Shown here one piece after another: positions 10,687-17,342 of a stretch of DNA of 64,000 nt (position 1 is the stretch's first letter; each line of letters begins with the position of its first letter). The notes beneath the pieces were generated by a model, which worked only from the letters and a program-made list of their open reading frames with translations, did not search any database and had not been told where the DNA came from. The position numbers were made by a program, and so were the translations under genes. The DNA lies in assembly GCA_964533825.1 (NCBI GenBank), contig CAZHMU010000005.1:31599-95598 (forward strand). Reading direction: 5' to 3'. This DNA comes from an uncultured Oscillospiraceae bacterium (GTDB lineage: Bacteria; Bacillota; Clostridia; Christensenellales; CAG-314).

Positions 10687-10777
10687 ATTTTTCCTCTATT
10701 TTTCCAAAAGAACGAATGAGCTCTTTTGTTAATTTGACTTTTTGCAAACTTTAGTTGATTGTAATACTGTTAGATTC

Positions 10778-10803
10778 CGTAGGGGAGGGTTGCCCCTCCC
10801 GCA
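10778..10803 (+). repeat. GTAGGGG-hairpin repeat (H family) copy
   Basis: cGTAGGGGAGGGttgcCCCTCCCGCA; it shares its ends with 8 other copies in the window. Confidence 0.75.
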
Positions 10804-10929
10804 ATCAAGCGGTCAAACATATTTTGCCTGTATATTATATCAAGATAAATACAATTTGTAAACTATAAAAAACACCCATTTTAGCAATGTGGACGTAATA
10901 GTTGGCAAACTTTGTGCGTAAGATACCCT

Positions 10930-11532
10930 ATGAACGCAATTTGGACAACCTTGATAGTGGTGTGCTTTGTGACAATCACTTTGACAAATCCTAACGAGTT
11001 ACTCGCTTTGTGTGTGCAAAGTGGCACGCAAGCGTTGGAGTACGCACTTGAGCTTGTTGCAATCTACGCCCTTTGGCAGGGGGTATTTTGTGTTGCCGAA
11101 AGGTGCAATCTTGTGGAAAAACTTGCAAGGCTTCTCAAAAAACTGAACAATTTTTTATACGGCAACATCACACGAGAGGCACGCCACTACATCTCGCTAA
11201 ATATGGCAAGTAATCTTGTTGGTGTGGGCAACGCCGCAACACCATCGGCAATGGAGGCAATCAAGGAGATGGAAAGGGGCAACACACTTTCTCGCGGTGG
11301 TGCAATGCTGTTTGTGCTTAACGCTTGTGGCATACAACTTGTGCCCACAACAGTTATTGGACTACGTGCAAGCCACAACTCGCAAGACCCATCAGCGGTG
11401 CTTTTGCCCACCATCATTTGCACTGTGGTGTCGGCACTTTTGGGGGTACTTTTGGTGCATTGGGCCTACCCCAAAAACGCAACAGAGCCAAATGCAAACG
11501 GAAACTCTACAAAAGGAGCAATCACGCTGTGA
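10930..11532 (+). CDS. spmA: spore maturation protein A (nucleoside-recognition-domain membrane protein)
   Basis: Polytopic membrane protein starting MNAIWTTLIVV, with NMASNLVGVGNAATP (Gate-domain type motif). It is paired with spmB. Confidence 0.75.
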   Translation: MNAIWTTLIVVCFVTITLTNPNELLALCVQSGTQALEYALELVAIYALWQGVFCVAERCNLVEKLARLLKKLNNFLYGNITREARHYISLNMASNLVGVGNAATPSAMEAIKEMERGNTLSRGGAMLFVLNACGIQLVPTTVIGLRASHNSQDPSAVLLPTIICTVVSALLGVLLVHWAYPKNATEPNANGNSTKGAITL

Positions 11533-12032
11533 CCTACGCAATACCCATTTCGCTAATTGCATTGTTTGTGTATGCAAGTATCAAAAAAGTCAACGTCTAC
11601 AACGGTTTTGTCGATGGCGCAAAGCAATCGTTGCCAACTGCTGTTGCGGTGTTCCCCTACCTGTTTGCCACATTTTTGATGGTAAACGCACTGCACGCAA
11701 GCGGTGTAGGCAAGGTGGTTGTCAACTTCGTTGCGCCACCATTTGAGATGCTCGGCATCCCAAAGGAAGTGTTGGAACTGATGCTTATCAGGCCATTCTC
11801 CGGCAGTGGAAGTTTGGCAATTTTGGATGACGTGTACAAAACTTACGGAGTGGATAGCTATGTTGGCAGGTGCGCATCCGTCATCATGGGCAGTAGCGAA
11901 ACGGTGTTTTACATTTCCGCTTTGTACTTTTCCCAGACCCCAGTCAAGCGCCTTGGATGGGCCATCCCCATTGCTCTGTTTTGCAATTTTGTGGGTGGCA
12001 TTTTGGGTTGTATGCTTTGTCGCTGGATGTAG
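11529..12032 (+). CDS. spmB: spore maturation protein B
   Basis: In-frame GTG overlaps the spmA stop (GTGA). The conserved core is FVDGAKQSLPTAVAVFPYL...IRPFSGSGSLAIL. The upstream part of the track ORF (11325) overlaps spmA out of frame. Confidence 0.7.
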   Translation: MTYAIPISLIALFVYASIKKVNVYNGFVDGAKQSLPTAVAVFPYLFATFLMVNALHASGVGKVVVNFVAPPFEMLGIPKEVLELMLIRPFSGSGSLAILDDVYKTYGVDSYVGRCASVIMGSSETVFYISALYFSQTPVKRLGWAIPIALFCNFVGGILGCMLCRWM

Positions 12033-12275
12033 CTTTTTATAAGATTTTTCGCACATTTTTCAATTTTTCCAGCTTTTTATAATTTTTCACAGCGCATTTT
12101 ATAACTTTTTTTGCCGCCAAATGGTGCAAATTGCCTTTGTAAGGATATGGTAAAATGCGACAAAGTTTTTGTAATTATTTCAAAATTATTTGGCATTTCC
12201 GCTTTATCATAAGGTGACCAACAGTTTTTGTTGGATTTTTGTCACGCGCAAAATGTTGCGCCAAGCGGAGTTTTT

Positions 12276-14537
12276 ATGAAAAACGGAAAGTTATCTGCAA
12301 ATCTAATTTTGTTTTACGTTGTCTACACGGCAATGGTGGTACTGTCTGGCGGGGTGTTCGATGGACAATTTGCCTTTGGTACTTTTGTAGGTGCGTTGTA
12401 TGCTGGCAACCCACTGCTTGTGGCATTGTTGTACCTTGCGAGTAGTGTTGTGTATGGTATGGCAAACCTGTTGCAATGCGCAGTCAAGGTGGGCGTGATG
12501 CTACTTTGCTGGGGCATACATTTTTGGGCAAAGCGAAAAATCGGCAAGTTCCATTTGCTGTTGTATCTGCTACTTGCCAACGTTTTTTACCTTGCTTACC
12601 AAACTACCGACTACACGCTGTTGTTTGACAAAATTATGTACGCAACCTGTGGGGTGGCATTTAGCTTTGTTGCCTTGTATGTGTTTCGCGCTGTGTTTGT
12701 GCGGGGACTTGCCTATCCACCACAAGTGGGCGAGCGCATTTGTATTGCATTGTTTTCCATCGTGGCAACATTTTGTCTTTCCAAACTGACAGTGGTCACG
12801 CTCGAAGTCGTCTACTTTGTGTTGCCCTTTGTGCTGTTGTTTTGCAACAGTTGTTTTGACGAGAGAACAACACTTTTGGCAAGCGTCATTTGTGGCATTG
12901 GCAATTTGCTTGCTACTGGCACTTTGGAAGGTCTGGCTTTTTGTGCTCTTTCCGCATTGGCTATTGTTGCATTTGGCACAATTTCTCGTTATCTTTCGGC
13001 AGTGGGGGTTGTGGTTGTGGACGTTGCAATGAGCTATTTTTTGGGATTGCACGGCAACTTTTACGCATTGTTTTTTGCACCCACGCTCACGTCAGTGTTT
13101 GTGTTTGTGGTAATTCCGTCATCAGTGTACAAAAAACTCAACGATAGCTTTTGTGGCAACACCACACGTTACACCACAAAAAGCCTTTCTGGCAAACTAA
13201 CCCAAGACCTGACTCGCAGGCTGTTTCGTTTGTCGGATATCTTTATGTCTATCAAAAATGCCTTTTACACACTGTCCATTGGCAAAGTTTCCCAAGAACA
13301 AGTTGTTGGTTCCATTGTCAAACAGTGCAGTCAAACTGTGTGCCAAGCTTGCCCCAATCGTGCTTACTGTTGGCGACAACAGTTGCACATCACCGAAAGA
13401 GCACTGTTACAGCTTTCAGAGCGAGCGCTATCTGCTGGCAAATGCACCATTTTGGATATCCCCCAAACACTGTCCGCAAGGTGCGACCGATTGTCAATGA
13501 TACTTTCCCAAGTCAATTCGCTGGCGGAAACGCACAAGCAGTTTGTGGACAAAGCAGAAGACCGCTACCAAACAAAACTGCTTGTTGCCGACCAAATGGC
13601 GGGTGTTTCGTCACTACTGTTGCAACTTGCCACCGACTACAAAAGTAACGTAACCTTTGACACTTCTCGCGAAAGGGAAATCAAGGAAAGTCTCATTTTC
13701 CACAACGTGCTTTGTTCGGATGTTACAATGGTAACCCACGGCGGATGTTTGCTGGTGGTGGTAACCGTTGCCAAAAGCGACCTTGACGAGCCCACAATCG
13801 AGCAGTGCGTGGGGCTTGTTGTCAAACAAACTATGGCAACGCAAAAAGTAGAGCTTACCGACAACTCCAGGTGGGTCAACGTCTACCTAAACGTCAAACC
13901 GCGGTTCGAAATGTCCTTTGGCATTGCATCCGTTGCCAAGTCTGGCAGTGACGTTTCAGCAGATACCCACAGCCAAATTGCCACCGACAACGGCAAAAGC
14001 ATCGTCACTCTTTGCGATGGTATGGGCAGTGGGCAAGAGGCGGAGCAAATGTCCGCAACAGTCATCAATTTGGTGGAAAGTTTCTACCGCGCGGGGTTCG
14101 ACTCCGACACAATCTTGTCCGCTATCAACGGCTTGCTCACTCAAAGTGGCAACGAAATTTTTTGCGCTGTGGATATGGTTGTTGTTGACCTTTACAATGG
14201 CTTTGCAGATTTTGTAAAACTGGGAGCGCCAGTGGGGCTTGTCAAGTGTGGAAACGTCGTTGAGATGATCCGTGGTAGTAGTTTGCCCCTTGGTGTTTTG
14301 GAAGAAATGAAACCATCCATCACCAAAAAGGCGTTGAAGCCTGGCGACATTTTGCTGCTTGTTAGTGACGGCATTGCCGATTGCTACAAGGATGTAACCC
14401 TGCTTGCTGAAGTGCTACACAACGTCACCTACACCGCGCCTCAAAGCATTGCGGAAACAATTTTGGCCAAAACGCTCAAGCAATGCAACAACACCCCACC
14501 AGACGACATGACAGTAGTGGTTGCAAAAATTGTTTAA
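12276..14537 (+). CDS. spoIIE: stage II sporulation protein E (PP2C phosphatase with ~10 TM)
   Basis: ATG 5 nt after GGAG. The N-terminal polytopic region is followed by a C-terminal PP2C domain (LCDGMGSGQEAEQMS, LLLVSDGI, DDMTVVVAKI). Confidence 0.88.
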   Translation: MKNGKLSANLILFYVVYTAMVVLSGGVFDGQFAFGTFVGALYAGNPLLVALLYLASSVVYGMANLLQCAVKVGVMLLCWGIHFWAKRKIGKFHLLLYLLLANVFYLAYQTTDYTLLFDKIMYATCGVAFSFVALYVFRAVFVRGLAYPPQVGERICIALFSIVATFCLSKLTVVTLEVVYFVLPFVLLFCNSCFDERTTLLASVICGIGNLLATGTLEGLAFCALSALAIVAFGTISRYLSAVGVVVVDVAMSYFLGLHGNFYALFFAPTLTSVFVFVVIPSSVYKKLNDSFCGNTTRYTTKSLSGKLTQDLTRRLFRLSDIFMSIKNAFYTLSIGKVSQEQVVGSIVKQCSQTVCQACPNRAYCWRQQLHITERALLQLSERALSAGKCTILDIPQTLSARCDRLSMILSQVNSLAETHKQFVDKAEDRYQTKLLVADQMAGVSSLLLQLATDYKSNVTFDTSREREIKESLIFHNVLCSDVTMVTHGGCLLVVVTVAKSDLDEPTIEQCVGLVVKQTMATQKVELTDNSRWVNVYLNVKPRFEMSFGIASVAKSGSDVSADTHSQIATDNGKSIVTLCDGMGSGQEAEQMSATVINLVESFYRAGFDSDTILSAINGLLTQSGNEIFCAVDMVVVDLYNGFADFVKLGAPVGLVKCGNVVEMIRGSSLPLGVLEEMKPSITKKALKPGDILLLVSDGIADCYKDVTLLAEVLHNVTYTAPQSIAETILAKTLKQCNNTPPDDMTVVVAKIV

Positions 14538-14621
14538 TTATATACAAGAAAGCTCGATATATCAACAATCTTATTATTGATGTTGTTTGTATAAGCGATA
14601 GTGCGTATTTGGTAGATAAGA

Positions 14622-14667
14622 GACTCTCACTTTGGGAGAGCTGGCACGATAGTGCCTGAGAGGAGTG
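14622..14667 (+). repeat. nested-hairpin repeat (S family) copy
   Basis: CTCTCACTTTGGGAGAGCT-[GGCAC gata GTGCC]-TGAGAGG; same frame as the copy at 24630 but with a different inner stem. Confidence 0.7.
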
Positions 14668-14756
14668 CTTGGTAAAGATGCATTGGCCTAATACCCCAAA
14701 ACATTGTATCAAAAAATATTCCTTTGACATAAACTATCTTGTCAAAGGGAGACACA

Positions 14757-15362
14757 ATGGACTACATTTTGGATAGCACCGTCAAGGTGGGACGTAACGT
14801 CACAATCGAGCCGTTTGCCGTTGTAAAGGGCAATACGGTTTTGGGAGATGGATGTGTTGTGGGCAGTTTCAGTTATCTTGTGGATGCCACAGTTGGGCAA
14901 AACACAGTAATCAAGAGTTCGCGTATTGTAGCAAGCACAGTTGGCGCAAATTGTACAGTTGGCCCCAATGCGCATTTGCGCGACAACTCAGTAGTGGGAG
15001 ATGGTTGCAGGGTAGGCAACTTTGTGGAAATCAAAAACAGCACTTTGGAAAGTGGCGTCAAAGCCAGCCACCTTGCCTATGTTGGCGATGCGTTCGTTGG
15101 CGCGGACACAAACATTGGCTGTGGTGTAATTTTTGTCAACTACGATGGCAAACACAAGCACCGTACCACCGTTGGCAAAAACTGTTTTATTGGGTGCAAC
15201 ACCAACCTTGTTGCTCCTGTGACGGTTGGCGACAACTGCTTTGTTGCCTGTGGCACAACTGTGGATAAGGATATCCCCAACGGCACCTTTGGCATTGGCA
15301 GAAGCTACCTTGTTTTGAAGGAAGGTCGCGCCATCCACTACCTAAAAAAGCCCCCAGAGTGA
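14757..15362 (+). CDS. left-handed beta-helix acetyltransferase equal to the C-terminal half of GlmU only
   Basis: Hexapeptide repeats and the GlmU C-terminal signature (VNYDGKHKHRTTVGKNCFIGCNTNLVAPVTVG) are present. No uridyltransferase domain exists; only ~200 nt of non-coding DNA lies upstream. Confidence 0.75.
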   Translation: MDYILDSTVKVGRNVTIEPFAVVKGNTVLGDGCVVGSFSYLVDATVGQNTVIKSSRIVASTVGANCTVGPNAHLRDNSVVGDGCRVGNFVEIKNSTLESGVKASHLAYVGDAFVGADTNIGCGVIFVNYDGKHKHRTTVGKNCFIGCNTNLVAPVTVGDNCFVACGTTVDKDIPNGTFGIGRSYLVLKEGRAIHYLKKPPE

Positions 15363-15375
15363 GCAAACATTAAAA

Positions 15376-15400
15376 AAGGAGAGCCGCGGCTCTCCTTTTG
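15376..15400. terminator. bidirectional terminator at left edge of AT-rich islet
   Basis: AAGGAGAGCCG / CGGCTCTCCTT perfect palindrome flanked by A-run and T-run. Confidence 0.75.
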
Positions 15401-15403
15401 GTA

Positions 15404-16414
15404 TTAGTTGGATTTTGAAAATGCTTTTTCGCAAAGCTGTTCAATATATTCACGCTTAATAAGAGCATCTCTCCATTCTTGTGGGATAGATTTGTAGCCA
15501 TAAGCTGCACCAGCTAATGTTCCTGCTATTGCTGCAACTGTATCGGTATCGTCACCCAAATTTACCGCTTTCAAGACGCAATCTTTGTAGTTGTTGGTTG
15601 AGAGTAAACACCAAATGGCAGCTTCCAATGTATGCACAACGTAGCCATCACTAACAATGTCGTCTTCCGTTGCTTTGGGTAAAGTTTCCAAACATTGTGG
15701 AACTGTTTCGGGAATGTTATCCACATCCGCCACTTGATGTACCAATTTACCAAAGTGAACTAATTCCATATTGCCAGCATAGTATTTGCGTGCGTTATCT
15801 AATCCTTTGCATACAGTAAATTTAACATCGGCGTTAACATCATTTGATAATAACTCCCACAGCACGAACGCAAAGAATCCACAAGCCATCTTTGAGCGCG
15901 GATGAGCATGTGTCAAAGCTGACGCAAGCTCTATTATTTCGATTTTTGTTCTTGTATTGGTATCCAAAGCGAATGTGTACAACACAAATGGATGAATTCT
16001 CATTAGCGAGCCATTACCATTATCCATTTCACGAGATAGCCCACATTCCTGCCAAGACATCCGATTTTTGACATATCTCTCAATCGCCATACTGCAAGTG
16101 TTGCCAACGTCAAACATTTCGCCAGTTGGGGTGTATTCGTCTTGGTAGTACCACTTTGTAAAGTTGACCATTACTTTGTCAAAATTAAGTTTGTTGCCAT
16201 CAAAGGCATCCAATGCGCAAAGTGCCATACTGGTGTCGTCCGACCAAGAACCTCTGGGCATAGGATATGTTCCATAACCTATCATTGTTGTAACAGGTGT
16301 TTCTCGTAGCTCGCCCCTACTCATAAATTCAACTGGTACACCCAACGCATCTGCAACAGCGTGACCAATTACTACGGCTTTAACTTTGTTGATAAAGTCT
16401 TTTTTGTTAATCAT
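15404..16414 (-). CDS. ADP-ribosylglycohydrolase (DraG/ARH family)
   Basis: GHAVADALGVPVEF, WSDDTSMALC, GNGSLMRIHP and LGDDTDTVAAIAGTLAGAAYG are the family metal-site motifs. I prefer ATG 16414 (AAGGAG upstream); the track TTG at 16444 is an alternative start. Confidence 0.85.
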   Translation of the reverse strand: MINKKDFINKVKAVVIGHAVADALGVPVEFMSRGELRETPVTTMIGYGTYPMPRGSWSDDTSMALCALDAFDGNKLNFDKVMVNFTKWYYQDEYTPTGEMFDVGNTCSMAIERYVKNRMSWQECGLSREMDNGNGSLMRIHPFVLYTFALDTNTRTKIEIIELASALTHAHPRSKMACGFFAFVLWELLSNDVNADVKFTVCKGLDNARKYYAGNMELVHFGKLVHQVADVDNIPETVPQCLETLPKATEDDIVSDGYVVHTLEAAIWCLLSTNNYKDCVLKAVNLGDDTDTVAAIAGTLAGAAYGYKSIPQEWRDALIKREYIEQLCEKAFSKSN

Positions 16415-16436
16415 TTGATTGAATTTCTCCTTGTAT

Positions 16437-16625
16437 TTAGTCAAAACAGATTGCTACTTCCAATATTAGACAAACAATTAAAAGTAATATTAACAAGGGG
16501 TTCACCCCAGGTTTGTTTTCGCTGTTAGAGTTATTAGAGTCATCGTCACACTGTGACGAACTAATTACATTGTTGTAAAAGGCATCATCTTGCCAATCGT
16601 GTTTACCATCACCGTTCCAATCCAT
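16437..16625 (-). CDS. 62-aa tail-anchored peptide with N-terminal DxNxDGxxDxxD calcium-loop motif
   Basis: RBS AAAGGGGA is 6 nt upstream. MDWNGDGKHDWQDD is followed by an acidic Ser/Asn linker and a C-terminal TM (PLLILLLIVCLILEVAICF). It sits between two co-oriented genes with 17-nt and ~22-nt gaps. Confidence 0.55.
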   Translation of the reverse strand: MDWNGDGKHDWQDDAFYNNVISSSQCDDDSNNSNSENKPGVNPLLILLLIVCLILEVAICFD

Positions 16626-16642
16626 AGTTTTTCCCCTTTGTT

Positions 16643-17026
16643 TTAAGATAACTTGTGTTTGTTCAATGCTATCAAGCTTTCAATAAATTGATTGCGACAT
16701 TTTTCACTCAACTGTTCGTAACCAAATTCGTAAATTCTCACACGTATTTCAGTGCGGCTCTTGTTGCCAAGGTTGCGGATTCTCAACAATGTATCTTCTT
16801 GTATAGCATCAATGAGCTGCTCGACAGTTTGTATGCCTGCTCGCATCAAACAGTTTGTGCTTCGTACCGAAAGGTCGAGTTCTGTTATGCTGGTTTTGCA
16901 AGCGGATTCCGAAAAAGGCAATTGTATTTTTGTGCCAATGCCAAAATACTTTTTGATTGTAGCTATCAAGCCATAATTTTCAATAGTGGTGTAAAGTTCT
17001 TCAACAGTAATTTGATTAATAGACAT
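16643..17026 (-). CDS. stand-alone RNA polymerase alpha C-terminal-domain (alpha-CTD) protein
   Basis: ATG 17026 is 5 nt after GGAGG. ELDLSVRSTNCLMRAGIQTVEQLIDAIQEDTLLRIRNLGNKSRTEI aligns to the RpoA CTD helix-hairpin-helix (E. coli LELTVRSANCLKAEAI...NLGKKSLTEI). There is no alpha NTD. Confidence 0.75.
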   Translation of the reverse strand: MSINQITVEELYTTIENYGLIATIKKYFGIGTKIQLPFSESACKTSITELDLSVRSTNCLMRAGIQTVEQLIDAIQEDTLLRIRNLGNKSRTEIRVRIYEFGYEQLSEKCRNQFIESLIALNKHKLS

Positions 17027-17061
17027 TTCAACCTCCAATAAGTGTTTTTAGATAGGTCTAT

Positions 17062-17072
17062 ATTATACCACA
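17062..17072 (-). promoter_or_regulatory. extended -10 promoter (TGTGGTATAAT) for the alpha-CTD operon
   Basis: TGnTATAAT lies about 35 nt upstream of ATG 17026 on the minus strand; the -35 is weak. Confidence 0.5.
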
Positions 17073-17274
17073 AACATAAAACTCGTTTTTTTTGGTATTT
17101 TGGGCAAGCATAGACCCAAAATTCCAATTTTTTAGCAAAAATAAACCCAAAAAAGTAGTTTTCAGGATGTGGTATAATATTTGATTGGATATCAAACTTC
17201 CAAAAGATAAAAATATTGTACATAAAAATTATACTATAATTAACATAGTCATATCTACTTGGACAAAGGCTGTA

Positions 17275-17303
17275 TTGACTTTTATGTCATCATTTGATAT
17301 AAT
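17275..17303 (+). promoter_or_regulatory. sigma-A promoter for the LRR gene
   Basis: TTGACT, 17 nt, TATAAT, about 40 nt upstream of ATG 17343. Confidence 0.6.
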
Positions 17304-17342
17304 GTACACGATTTTGTCGACAGAATAATTGGAGGCACTACT

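Noticed and set aside
10687-10911. T-box or other leader upstream of metG.
   Set aside because: I could not find a specifier-loop/T-box (AGGGTGGNACCGCG-like) sequence or a terminator/antiterminator pair. The only structured element is an H-family hairpin.
11216-11746. Overlapping alternative-frame ORFs across spmA/spmB (11216..11746 and the 5' part of 11325..12032).
   Set aside because: They are out of frame with the conserved membrane proteins and have Arg/Cys/Trp-rich compositions. spmB is better explained by a GTG start at 11529 overlapping the spmA stop.
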